A model generated the notes under the pieces. That model saw only the letters and a list, made by a program, of their open reading frames with translations. It was not told the origin of the DNA and made no database searches. A DNA stretch of 64,000 bases from positions 270,554-334,553 of the forward strand of contig VMFR01000001.1 in the NCBI GenBank assembly GCA_007376135.1, given 5' to 3'. The translations under genes were made by a program, and so were the position numbers. The DNA comes from Parcubacteria group bacterium Gr01-1014_31. Lineage in GTDB: Bacteria; Patescibacteriota; Patescibacteriia; Buchananbacterales; GWA2-38-13. The number at the start of each line of letters is the position of its first letter. The stretch's first letter is position 1. Below are positions 20,052 through 29,609 of the stretch, piece after piece.

Positions 20052-20483
20052 CTACACTCCCAGCTCGCCCAGCGCTTCCGAAATTTCCACGCTCTTCCCT
20101 TCGGTCTGCTTCTTGTATTCGTTCCACTTGGCGGCGTCCCAGATCTCCAATCGGTTGTAGAGGCCGGCAATGACCACCTGCTTGCCCAATCCGGCGAACT
20201 GGCGCAAGTATTCGGGTACGCTGATGCGGCCCTGCCCGTCCGGGGAAACGTCCATCGCACCGGCCAGCATCAGCCGGGCGAATGCCCGCGTATTGGCCTT
20301 CGCCAAGGGCAACGCGGCCAGTTTCGCGACCAGCTTCCCCCACTCGGCCTGGGTGTAGACGAACAAACAGCTGTCCAGCCCCCGGGTAACGACCACGCCG
20401 CGCCGCAATACCGCGCGAAACTTCGCCGGCACGGCGATTCGTCCTTTTTCGTCAACGGAATGCTGGTATTCGCCGATGAACAT
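20052..20483 (-). CDS. mraZ: Transcriptional regulator MraZ
   Basis: MFIGEYQHSVDEKGR, DGQGRI, LEIWD. Confidence 0.95.
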   Translation of the reverse strand: MFIGEYQHSVDEKGRIAVPAKFRAVLRRGVVVTRGLDSCLFVYTQAEWGKLVAKLAALPLAKANTRAFARLMLAGAMDVSPDGQGRISVPEYLRQFAGLGKQVVIAGLYNRLEIWDAAKWNEYKKQTEGKSVEISEALGELGV

Positions 20484-20527
20484 ACGCCGCTGCAATGTTG
20501 CTGAGATATCCACAAATTCGAGTCCTT

Positions 20528-20590
20528 CTCCCCACTTTTATCCACTTTTCACCACTATACCTACATTTTATACCACCACAACACCACTGT
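20528..20590 (-). promoter_or_regulatory. MraZ-binding GTGG repeats with ~10-nt period
   Basis: ccccac ttttatccac ttttcaccac tatacctac attttataccac upstream of mraZ. Confidence 0.7.
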
Positions 20591-20726
20591 CAACCACTTT
20601 CAAATAGCCAATTTTCCTCAAAATTAAGTCAAAAAAACACCATATCAGTCAAGATATGGTCCAACCTGTGGATATGTGCACAGGTATCCCTTGACAACAT
20701 AATACACAGGAGTATGCTGCCAATAT

Positions 20727-21590
20727 ATGGCCAAGAGCGACAAGTACGGTATCTACGACCTGCGCAACGAGTTCCCCACGGATGACGCCTGTTTGGAATA
20801 CATTTTCCGGGTGTTACACAGCGAACGCTGCTCGTGTGGGGGCCGTTACAAACGGCTACCCGAACGGCGGCAGTGGCAATGTTCCAAATGCCGCTACCAG
20901 ATCGCCCCGACAGCGGGTACCCTCTTTGAAAAATCTGCAACACCCTTGACCAAGTGGTTTCACGCCTTATTCGTCTTTTCCAGTGCGAAAAGCGGCCTGT
21001 CGGGCAAGCAACTGGAACGGGAACTGAACGTTACCTACAAGACCGCTTGGCGAATGTTAAAACTTATCCGGGCGTCCCTCCCCAACAAAAAACACCGCCT
21101 GCTGGGCGATGTGGAGATGGACGAAACCTACTTTGGTGGGAAAGGTAACGCCGGGAAGAACAACCAGGACCTAGGCAAAGTGATGGACGATAAATCCGTT
21201 ATCCTTGGCGCGGTGGAGCGCGACGGGGAAATCCGGGCAGAAGTGGCCCCGAACGCCAAGGCGGCGACCATCGGACAATTCCTCCATACCAACGTGGAGA
21301 GGGTCAAAACGCGCCTGCTGACCGATGAGAGCAACCGCTACGACTTGGTAGCCAAGCGGTACCACCGCCAGAGCGTCAACCACTCACAACAGGAGTACGT
21401 GCGGGACGACGTACATACCAACACCATTGAGGGGTTCTGGTCGCACGTGAAGCGCAGCATCTCCGGCACCCACAAGGCCGTATCTAGGCGGTATCTCCAG
21501 TCTTACCTGGATGGCTTCGTCTGGCACTATAACAACCGGCACAGCGACAGGGACCGTTTTTCCGCCTTGCTTTACGGCCTGTTGCGATGA
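20727..21590 (+). mobile_element. IS1595-family (ISXO2-like) DDE transposase; element ends not securely defined
   Basis: N-terminal zinc ribbon (CSC...CSKC), VEMDETYFGG, TDE, HTNTIEGFWS..KR, YLDGFVWHYN. Confidence 0.92.
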
Positions 21591-21659
21591 CGTGGCGCAG
21601 GGCCTCGTGGAACTTGATTTTTTTACCCGATTGTTCCATACTGTGTAACAATACCTCTC

Positions 21660-22310
21660 TTGACAGCAACCTTCAAGGTCTGGTACGATGATCGTGCTAC
21701 AAAATTGAATAAAAATCTCCGTAAACTTGCAACGGAGGGCCAGCAGCGCTGCTTGCGCACGAACAACCGCAAAGGTCAGTGCTCGAAGGGGAAGACCGCA
21801 AGGTCAACCCAACGAGCCGCAAGTCCGTTGGGTATCTACGAAAATAGTACCCGACGAGCGCTGGCCCTTGAGGTTGTTTTTTATAACGCAGCTTTACGGT
21901 CTAAGTCTGCACGCCAGCAGCTGGTGGTGCGCAGATCGGACCGTTAAGTCCGAGGGTCGCTTCGCCCGTCGCTCAAAGGTCGTTCTGGCAGTACATCCAG
22001 AGAGTGAAAAGAAGCAGAAATTAATGTACGGCCTGTGCCATACATTATTTACCAAGTCGGACGCGACGCTGAAACCGGTGAATTCCTCACCGTGGAAGAG
22101 GCGCGACGCCGACCAAGCACTGCGGTAGTGGAGACTATCCGCCGAAAGGTGTGATAGCATACCACTTCCCGCAAGTACCGTATCGGAGACCTACGTTTCC
22201 GGTAATCACAAAAGCCGCTGATTAAAGCGGCTCGGTGATCCAACTACTAACGATAGTTGGCGGTTTGTACAGCGATTTCCCCGTTCTCACGAACGGGGAT
22301 TTCGTTTTAT
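21660..22310 (+). ncRNA. Candidate large (~600-nt) ornate structured RNA
   Basis: TTGACA-18 nt-TACGAT promoter; more than 10 nested helices with GNRA loops and + strand G-U pairs; terminator near 22273-22310; no credible ORF. Confidence 0.65.
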
Positions 22311-22357
22311 TTGGAATGTTGAGGGTAGCACCGCCTTAAATCCTTGTCAAGTGATTA

Positions 22358-22774
22358 CTAACCACCTAAATTCTCAATAATTCTTCTAAGTTTTGGCAAA
22401 ATTGCACCGGGGGGAGCACTCAATATTTCGCGCTTAATATTCTGCAGATCAGCATCGCATAAAGATCGGAGCATTTCGTAACCTTGTAAGGATGTCTCAT
22501 CATGATCTGTGTGGTGCAACATCGCTATACGTTCACGAAATTGTTCTGTGGTCAATCTGGTATATAGATAGACTGGAGAGTTCACATTTCTTGACGTACT
22601 TTGGGTTGGGGGCTGTGTCGAACGCCATTCATCTAGTCTTATGACTTGCCGTGAGGTTGCAACGTCCGGAATACATGCCAAAAAAATTATCCTTTCTTCC
22701 GGAACTGACCCTAAAAAAACATAGTCATTCTCTCCTTCGGTATCAGTTAGCCTAATTACGTTCCCGAATACCAT
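22358..22774 (-). CDS. Hypothetical protein, candidate toxin partner of the Panacea antitoxin
   Basis: AT-rich 138-aa ORF starting 2 nt after the Panacea gene stop. Confidence 0.6.
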   Translation of the reverse strand: MVFGNVIRLTDTEGENDYVFLGSVPEERIIFLACIPDVATSRQVIRLDEWRSTQPPTQSTSRNVNSPVYLYTRLTTEQFRERIAMLHHTDHDETSLQGYEMLRSLCDADLQNIKREILSAPPGAILPKLRRIIENLGG

Positions 22775-22776
22775 AT

Positions 22777-23316
22777 CTACTTTAGGCTGACCAAAATTTT
22801 TATTTCTTCCTCAGTTATTTTACTATCATTATCAAGGGCGGCTAGAGAATAGGGTATTTCAGTTGGTTCTTTAGTATTAATCCATGCACTTTCACCATGA
22901 GATGCCTCGACGATATATTTTGTGTTTTTGTCGCTGAATCTCTGGCATACGTCCTTGAGAGTTTGCAATTCCCTCTCGGTGAAATATTCGTTATCACTTG
23001 CAGTGAACGGTTTCAGGCAGATAATTTTCTGAAAATTTCTACCATCAACAAACCTCACCGAAATCGTATCGGAGAGTAACGCTGTTTCCGGCTCATCTAT
23101 TACGCTATTAACAAGATTGAGAATATTTGATGGAACGGGGCCGCGCTCCAAATGAACATATCTATCGTAGGTAATTGGGACACCAAATTTTTTAACGTGT
23201 GTAAAATCAGCAAAATAAAAAAGTTTCATCAACTTCGTTTTTCCTAACAGATTAGGATCTGTATTGCTACAGAAAAACCTAATCATCGCCTTCAATTTTG
23301 TCCTTGGAATTCTCAT
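22777..23316 (-). CDS. Panacea-domain (DUF4065/SocA) antitoxin
   Basis: KTKLMKLFYFADF, PIT...Y....RGPVP, SH.E.AW. Confidence 0.85.
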   Translation of the reverse strand: MRIPRTKLKAMIRFFCSNTDPNLLGKTKLMKLFYFADFTHVKKFGVPITYDRYVHLERGPVPSNILNLVNSVIDEPETALLSDTISVRFVDGRNFQKIICLKPFTASDNEYFTERELQTLKDVCQRFSDKNTKYIVEASHGESAWINTKEPTEIPYSLAALDNDSKITEEEIKILVSLK

Positions 23317-23569
23317 TGGCACCCCCAACCACTAACAGGATAACACGATAATATTCTTTCTCCTAATAATACGACGACTTTAAGGCATTAATTCTATCAT
23401 AAATCCAATACAGTGTCAATATCTATGCATCTTAGTCATTTATTTCACTATTCTCCGCTCAACCCAGCAAAACAAAGTATGTTCGGGGGGGATATGGGCG
23501 GATATGTGCGGATATGTGAAAAAAAGTGGCGGCAGCCACTTTCTCGTCATCCGTTCTCGGGCGTGGCTC

Positions 23570-23947
23570 TCAGCGCTTTACGGTCACCTGCGGCTCGGAA
23601 AGATAGCGCGGATGGACCCAGGTAATGGCACGAGCGCGTTTTCCGGCCTGCGCGACAACCTCTCGGAGTGTTACCGACCGCACCGGCACCCCCCAAGCGT
23701 AGCTCAGGGCGTTACCGGCAACCGCGCCGGCGCGCAGTTGGGTGAACCCGGCGTGGCCGAGCGGGTCCTCAACCACGGTCACCACTTCGGGAACAGCGCG
23801 GCCGCGCAGCAAAGCGGCGACCAGTGGCAGTATGCGCTCCGTCCCGTGGAATGGCGTTGCCGCCGTCGCCCGAGCGATGACCCGACGGCCATCGAGCAGC
23901 AATGCGGTGACGCGCTGCGGAACGGTCGTATCAAGACGCAGTTCCAT
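23570..23947 (-). CDS. Short TsaB-like protein (N-terminal domain only)
   Basis: LDTT...HGTERILP...GFTQLRAG...NALSYAWGVP; compare TsaB IDT, GSFTGLRIG. Confidence 0.6.
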   Translation of the reverse strand: MELRLDTTVPQRVTALLLDGRRVIARATAATPFHGTERILPLVAALLRGRAVPEVVTVVEDPLGHAGFTQLRAGAVAGNALSYAWGVPVRSVTLREVVAQAGKRARAITWVHPRYLSEPQVTVKR

Positions 23948-23958
23948 GCGTACCTCAG

Positions 23959-24591
23959 CTAGCGGATGCCATGGCGCAACCGGTCGATGACCACGATCTT
24001 TTTGTTCTCCAGGATGGTGTAGAGGAACTTGTCGGTGATGTTGTGGCGGTAGCGGAACTCAGCGACGGTCATCACTGTGTAGTTGATGGGGTGATCAAGC
24101 TCGCGCTCGAACTGCCCCATCAGGCGCGCCAAACGCTTGCGGTTGACGGTCCCGACCAGCAGCAGATCGGTACTAAAACCTTCCAGGCCGACGAACATCC
24201 CGGTCAGCACCAACAGCTGGACGGACGCGATGTTCTTGATCCGCTCAATGAGCTTCTGCTCCACGAGCAACTGCGCCTTGACCAGCAACGCCTTGAGCTC
24301 CGGATACAGAAGGAAGCTGGAATTGGCGAGGTAGAATTTCTTCAACTGCTTGCGCACCCGGACCTTGCGCGCCGGCTTGGCTGCCTCCTTGCTGCCGGGA
24401 AGCACGCTGGGCGACAGCATCGGACTGATAATGCCGATGCTTTCAAGGTTGGCGACCTCCCGCCGAACCGAATTCAGCTGGACGTGGATCGCCCGCGCCA
24501 GTTCGCGCAGGTAGTAGGGCTGCTCCGGGTTATTCAAAAACCGCTGCAACAGTTTAACACGGGTGGTTGAACCAAATAAGTGTTCAAGCAT
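23959..24591 (-). CDS. wHTH transcriptional regulator with a nucleotidyltransferase-like C-terminus (common in CPR)
   Basis: LFGSTTRVKLL..F...YLRELAR....NSVRRE; DLLLVG; INYTVM. Confidence 0.75.
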   Translation of the reverse strand: MLEHLFGSTTRVKLLQRFLNNPEQPYYLRELARAIHVQLNSVRREVANLESIGIISPMLSPSVLPGSKEAAKPARKVRVRKQLKKFYLANSSFLLYPELKALLVKAQLLVEQKLIERIKNIASVQLLVLTGMFVGLEGFSTDLLLVGTVNRKRLARLMGQFERELDHPINYTVMTVAEFRYRHNITDKFLYTILENKKIVVIDRLRHGIR

Positions 24592-24663
24592 AAGGATTGG
24601 CCTGACCGCGAACGGCGAATATAGTATACTATAGCCATTCCCCAACCGACAAACCCCCCATCC

Positions 24664-26898
24664 ATGGACCGCTACCTCGCCAAGATCACCACCCTGCAGG
24701 TGGACCCCGCCCACGGGGGTTCCGCCGGCAAAGTATTCGTCGGCAAACCAACGCTCGAGAAAGAAATTGCTGCGGGCAAGCTTTTCGGTTTTGCCGAGCT
24801 GACCGGAGCGCAACCCGAAGGCACGAGCCTCGTGGACCAATTGCTGGATGAAGCGAAGGACGAGCTCTACCAGACCGGAGCGATACGCCGCGCCGGCGGA
24901 CTCACCCCTGCCGCTGACCTGGAGGAACGCTTTGGACAGGTGCTCCAACACGTCAACGGCGCGGTGGCGACCTTTCTGGAAACCCACCGCACCGGCACGG
25001 ATTTCCAACAAAGTTCCATACTGTTGGGCAACATCCGCCAGCAGCAACTGGTCATTTCCACGGTCGGCCGCGTGACCGGTTACCTGTTCCATTACCGGCC
25101 GACGCACGACTACCAGACGGTGACCATCACCGAACCGACGCCCGGGGTTTCGGTCAACCCGTTGCGGCTGTTCACGCAGACCATCGCGGGCAGCCTGGGC
25201 CCGCTGGACACCGCCATGTTCTGCTCCGACGGACTGCTCGACTACCTGTCGCTCCATACGCTGAAAACCACCGTGACTGGCAACGCCGGCCCGGATGCCG
25301 TGCGCCAGCTCAAGACCGCGCTTTTGCGCGCGCGGCCCAAAACTCCGGCGGTGGCCATCATTATCAGCCTGGTATTGCATCGGCCCGCGCCGCTCCCGCT
25401 GAGTCTGAAAAATTTTGACTACCTGGGCGCCGCATCGCGCGATTCCATGCGGACGCTCGCCCACACCCAGCGGCAAACCAGCCGCGTGCTGACCCCCCGT
25501 CTGCTGCCGGACGTGCAGAAATTCTGGCACTGGCTGCAGGAAACCGGCCAGCGCTACCGCCAGCGCGTCCACGACCGCCGTCCATCGCGCCCTGCTCCCA
25601 ACGCGCCGGTGCTCCCCGTTCCCCCGCCGACCCCGCCGCCGCGCCCATCCCATTCGGCACTACGGAAGGTTTCCGCCTTCACGGCAACCACCACGCGGCG
25701 CGCATTCACTCATCCGGTGGTCAAAACCGCCGGGGCGATGGTCGCGACGCTGGCGGCAAACATTTGGCGCCGCTACCGGTCGTGGTCATGGAAGCGGCAG
25801 CTGGCCGTAGCCGGCAGCCTGGTGTTGGCCGTCCTGCTGGTCTGGAACCTGGCAACGCTCTCCGGCCGGCGGGCCGTAACCGCCCGCGAGAAGGCGTTCG
25901 CGACCGTGCTGGCGCAAGCGGAGCGCCTGCGCGACGCCGCGCAGGCTTCCCTGATCTACCAGGACGAAACGGGTGCGCGCGAACGGCTCAACGAAGGCCT
26001 GCGCATCCTGGACCAGCTGCCGGAAACATATGCGGCGCACCCGACGGTCGTGCGAACGCGGCGCGAGCTGAACACCAAGCTCAATGAGCTGCGCCATGAA
26101 GTGGTCATTGCCGACCCGCTGCAGCTGGCAAATTTCAACAACCTGGATGACGACGCGCGCGCTGCGCCGACCATGGTGCGCCTGGGAGAGCGTCTCTATG
26201 CCCAAAATGCGCGGTCAAAGGTCTTTTTTACCCTTAACTTGGGCAACCGCTCCATCGCCGAGATCCAACCGTCCACCGCCCTTGAGGGCACGCTGAATTC
26301 GGCGACGGCCCTGTCGCGGACCGCAGCGGTGCTTCTGGACGATGACGGCCGCGTCCTGCGCCTCGACGGCACCGACCAGATCCGGCCGCTCCCGCTCACG
26401 CTCCCGGGCGGTAACGCCGTCGCGGTCGCCAGTTTCCGCGAGCGGCTGTACCTGCTATCCGCGGTGTCGGGCACCATCTTCCGGGCCGATCCGGCGGGCG
26501 GAGGATTCGGCGCCCCGCGCAACTGGATCGCCGACCCGAGCGTCGACCTGCGCACCGCCACCGACCTGACGCTGGACGGCGACCTGTATGTGCTGCTGCG
26601 CGACGGCGGCATCGTCAAGCTCAACCAGGGCCGCCCCGTAACGTTTGACCTGCAGCCCATCGATCCGCCGCTCTCCGGACCGACCAAGATAAAAACGTCT
26701 GAAGCGTCGGCCTACCTATACCTGCTGGACCCGCCGACGAAGCGCATCGTGGTCGTCGGCAAGGACGGCAAGCTCGCGCGGCAGTACCGTTCGGCAGCGT
26801 TCGACGAGCTGCGCGACATCGTTGTGGACGAAGCGGCAAAAACCATCTACGTGCTGAATGGTGCCCGCCTCTACGGCGTGCCGATGGAACACCTGTAG
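24664..26898 (+). CDS. Membrane-anchored protein: degenerate PP2C-like N-domain, TM helix, C-terminal beta-propeller
   Basis: FCSDGLLDY motif, Pro-rich linker, TM near aa 380-400, repeated LYxLD/LYVL blades. Confidence 0.7.
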   Translation: MDRYLAKITTLQVDPAHGGSAGKVFVGKPTLEKEIAAGKLFGFAELTGAQPEGTSLVDQLLDEAKDELYQTGAIRRAGGLTPAADLEERFGQVLQHVNGAVATFLETHRTGTDFQQSSILLGNIRQQQLVISTVGRVTGYLFHYRPTHDYQTVTITEPTPGVSVNPLRLFTQTIAGSLGPLDTAMFCSDGLLDYLSLHTLKTTVTGNAGPDAVRQLKTALLRARPKTPAVAIIISLVLHRPAPLPLSLKNFDYLGAASRDSMRTLAHTQRQTSRVLTPRLLPDVQKFWHWLQETGQRYRQRVHDRRPSRPAPNAPVLPVPPPTPPPRPSHSALRKVSAFTATTTRRAFTHPVVKTAGAMVATLAANIWRRYRSWSWKRQLAVAGSLVLAVLLVWNLATLSGRRAVTAREKAFATVLAQAERLRDAAQASLIYQDETGARERLNEGLRILDQLPETYAAHPTVVRTRRELNTKLNELRHEVVIADPLQLANFNNLDDDARAAPTMVRLGERLYAQNARSKVFFTLNLGNRSIAEIQPSTALEGTLNSATALSRTAAVLLDDDGRVLRLDGTDQIRPLPLTLPGGNAVAVASFRERLYLLSAVSGTIFRADPAGGGFGAPRNWIADPSVDLRTATDLTLDGDLYVLLRDGGIVKLNQGRPVTFDLQPIDPPLSGPTKIKTSEASAYLYLLDPPTKRIVVVGKDGKLARQYRSAAFDELRDIVVDEAAKTIYVLNGARLYGVPMEHL

Positions 26899-27045
26899 CC
26901 ATCCTCGACCGCACCGCAGCGGGCCGCATGGTCAGCCCGCTTTTTTTGGCGCAGAGAATCACTGACTTGACATTTTCCGTTATTTCCAGTAGAGTCAAGC
27001 CTACGTTTTTAGTTGTTTCGAAGGCCCTTTTCCAAGGAGGACAAC

Positions 27046-27510
27046 GTGTCCAAACCCAACGACCGCGGCCTGTTCGCGGAACTCACCGCCAGGATGGCGG
27101 ACGTCAACCTCGGCGACCTGGACGAGCCCACCGACGAGGTGCAGGACGACGACGAGGTCGTCGGCGTGCTCACGGACGAGCTCAAGCGCCTGTACGCGCT
27201 GAGGTCGCAGGAGATCGACCGATACGGTAACCTCAGCGTCAAGAACATGCGCAAGACTGCCGACCTGATGGAGAGCAAACCATCACCCGATGAGATGAGG
27301 GCTGCACTCGAAGGCCTCGCCCAGGAGAAGCTGGCCCACAAAATCCGCTACAATATCGTGGACGCGCTCTTCAAGGCAGCATTGCGGCTTGAATTCCCTG
27401 CACTGGCCGACAAGAAAGCCGCCCTACGCGAAGGATGGCAGGTGGCCGCACACCACGACCGTTCCGGCGAACTGCCTTTGACACTACTCGTGGGACTCCT
27501 CTCCTGCTGA
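27046..27510 (+). CDS. Hypothetical protein (paralog of 27719..28108)
   Basis: TTGACA-17 nt-TAGAGT promoter, AAGGAGG before GTG, own terminator. Confidence 0.75.
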   Translation: MSKPNDRGLFAELTARMADVNLGDLDEPTDEVQDDDEVVGVLTDELKRLYALRSQEIDRYGNLSVKNMRKTADLMESKPSPDEMRAALEGLAQEKLAHKIRYNIVDALFKAALRLEFPALADKKAALREGWQVAAHHDRSGELPLTLLVGLLSC

Positions 27511-27718
27511 ACGCTCGTCGCGTTCTCCCACCTCATTGTTCTCTCTACCGACGGGCGGGTCCCCTCAACCGGACCCGCTTTTTTTTCCGTAGGCCACAAA
27601 ATCGGTCCTTAGCCGTCCGATGTAGCCACGCCATCCATATTGACACGCACAAACCCATCCCGTACCGTAGAACTACCGCGTTGGAACAGATACGTAGCCC
27701 TTTCACAAGGAGTACCTC

Positions 27719-28108
27719 ATGGAAGACTGGTTTAGCAACCTCGTACAGGAGTTCATTGGCCCATTCGATTTCGCCAGGTTCGGGGAGCCACCCAAACCGG
27801 TCGGCGAGCACGAAACGATCGTCGGCGAGCTCGACGAAACCGGCAAGAAACTGTGGTGTCTGCGAGAACAGGCCAAGGGCAAAGAGTTCGATGTGGACTT
27901 CCAACTCCATTTCGACCAACAGGGTGGACCCGAAGTTATCGAAAGTGAGCCAATCGAGCTTACCCTTTCAAAACTGCAGAGTCGGGCGGTGAGCACCCTC
28001 TTCTGGATCAACATCCACAGCCGGTTCCCGTGTACGATTGACACCCGGGTTCTGACCGGCATCCGCGCTGGATGGAAAGTGGTTACCTACCCGGCGCCTT
28101 CATCCTGA
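27719..28108 (+). CDS. Hypothetical protein (paralog of 27046..27510)
   Basis: TTGACA-17 nt-TACCGT promoter, AAGGAG RBS, own terminator. Confidence 0.75.
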   Translation: MEDWFSNLVQEFIGPFDFARFGEPPKPVGEHETIVGELDETGKKLWCLREQAKGKEFDVDFQLHFDQQGGPEVIESEPIELTLSKLQSRAVSTLFWINIHSRFPCTIDTRVLTGIRAGWKVVTYPAPSS

Positions 28109-28286
28109 CAAACCTCGACCTCCTGACTCCGACCCAATTACCGTGCTCCGCGGGCCCCTCGGGACCCGCTCTTTTTTTATCAAAAAAAATGCTGGGCAAA
28201 TGACAGAAAATCCCCCTGCATGTGCAGGGGGATTTTCTGTTCAAACGGACTGAGTACAGGGCACGGGGTACTGAGTACCCGACGTG

Positions 28287-28688
28287 TTACTTCAACGTCA
28301 CCTTGGCGCCGGCCGTTTCCAGGTCCTTTTTCATCTTCTCGGCCTCTTCCTTCTTAACGGCCTCCTTCACGACCTTCGGCGCGGCGTCCACCAGGTCCTT
28401 GGCTTCCTTCAGGCCCAGCTGGGTAAGGGCGCGCACCGCCTTGATGACGGCGATCTTGTTGTCGCCCGAGGAGGTCAATTCCACCGTGAACTCCGACTTC
28501 TCTTCGACCGGCGCAGCACCCGCGGCGGCCGGACCCGCCATCATCGCCATCGGCGCAGCGGCGGAAACGCCGAACTTCTCCTCTAGCACCTTGACGAGTT
28601 CCGCCAGGTCCAGCACGGAGAGCTTTTCGATCTGCTCCACCAGGCCCTTGAACTTCGCCGGCACTTCCACTTTCTTTTCATCGGACAT
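28287..28688 (-). CDS. rplL: 50S ribosomal protein L7/L12
   Basis: [34 protein letters not shown]. Confidence 0.98.
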   Translation of the reverse strand: MSDEKKVEVPAKFKGLVEQIEKLSVLDLAELVKVLEEKFGVSAAAPMAMMAGPAAAGAAPVEEKSEFTVELTSSGDNKIAVIKAVRALTQLGLKEAKDLVDAAPKVVKEAVKKEEAEKMKKDLETAGAKVTLK

Positions 28689-28740
28689 AGAGTTTGGGTT
28701 AGCTTGTAGGAATTAGGTTATCGCTTATAGGACGACCCGG

Positions 28741-29265
28741 CTAGGCCGGCTTTTTTTCGCTCAACGCTTTCAGTACCTGGACCAGGCCGCGCAGGTTGCC
28801 GGCCAGCACGTTGACCATGCCCGACAGCGGCGCGCGCACGGAACCGACCACTTTGGCGATGAGCTCGAGCTTGGACGGCAGCGCGGACAGCTCCCGCACC
28901 TTCGCACCGTCCACGTAACGGCGCTCCAGGAGCCCGCCGAACGGCTTGACCGCCGGATGGTCCTTGGAGAACTGCACCACGACCCGCGACGGAGCCACCT
29001 CATCCTCGTACCCGAAGATGGTCGCCACCTCAGACGGAAATTTTTCGGGGTCAACGTCCAGCTTAGCGTCGGTGAAGGCCTTCCGCATCAGCGTCTTTTT
29101 GGCAACGAGGTACTCGCCGCCCGCCTCCCGGCACAGCTTGCGCAGCTGCGTCACGTCCTTGACCGTCAGCCCGGCGAAGTTCGCGAAAACCACGGCCTTC
29201 GAGCGCTCGACCTTCTCCTTGATGCTGGCGACCTCCTGCGCCTTCTGCTGCTTGGATTTTGGCAT
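28741..29265 (-). CDS. rplJ: 50S ribosomal protein L10
   Basis: GLTVKDVTQLR, VAKKTL, LSALPSK. Confidence 0.96.
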   Translation of the reverse strand: MPKSKQQKAQEVASIKEKVERSKAVVFANFAGLTVKDVTQLRKLCREAGGEYLVAKKTLMRKAFTDAKLDVDPEKFPSEVATIFGYEDEVAPSRVVVQFSKDHPAVKPFGGLLERRYVDGAKVRELSALPSKLELIAKVVGSVRAPLSGMVNVLAGNLRGLVQVLKALSEKKPA

Positions 29266-29277
29266 ATTCCTTTGTTT

Positions 29278-29313
29278 CCCTCTCCCCTTGTGGGAGAGGG
29301 TTAGGGTGAGGGG
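29278..29313. repeat. REP-like palindrome (CCCCTCACCC..CCCTCTCCC..GGGAGAGGG family)
   Basis: A second, inverted copy lies at 41343-41378. Confidence 0.7.
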
Positions 29314-29371
29314 GATCACCCAACACCGATATACCGACCTCTGGGACCCCTAACTACAGGGGTGCGTAAAT

Positions 29372-29485
29372 AAAAAATCTGCGGCGTTCCCGCAGACCAA
29401 AACCACGAATGGTTCCCTCGGCCGGCCCGGGTTGCCCCGATTTACGCCTTGCGGCACCGACGGTCTTTGGAAACTGATTACCCGT
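29372..29485 (-). promoter_or_regulatory. L10 leader (rplJL autoregulatory RNA)
   Basis: Minus strand ccaaAGACcGtcGG...TAAAT...CCggCCGAGG plus a terminator-like hairpin, upstream of rplJ. Confidence 0.75.
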
Positions 29486-29609
29486 ATCCTACCATACCGG
29501 CGGCCGCTGTCAACTGCTTGACCACGCCGAAACGGGGGTGTAGCGTGGCTCATATTCGGTATTCACCGCCATCGAATTATCGCCCTTTCCCAGGAGGAGG
29601 TACAAACCC

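Noticed and set aside
18964..20343. Long N-terminal extensions in the ORF track (rsmH, 23959..25653, rplJ, aldo/keto reductase, pcm, trmO)
   Set aside because: They overlap neighbouring genes or repeats; family homology begins at the downstream starts used here.
22120..22175. GAGACTA resembling the group I intron P7/R element within the large RNA
   Set aside because: No matching S element (ATAGTCC) and no interrupted host gene; the RNA has its own promoter and terminator.
21484..22243. Small ORFs overlapping the transposase end and the large RNA (21484..21669, 21660..21947, 21727..22128, 21894..22160)
   Set aside because: No RBS or recognisable motifs, and they conflict in frame; RNA structure explains the sequence better.
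20683..22358. Terminal inverted repeats of the IS1595 element (GGTATCCCTTGACA versus 22317-22332 or 22345-22358)
   Set aside because: Matches are imperfect, two candidates compete, TTGACA may simply be a -35 box, and no target duplication was found; ends left undefined.
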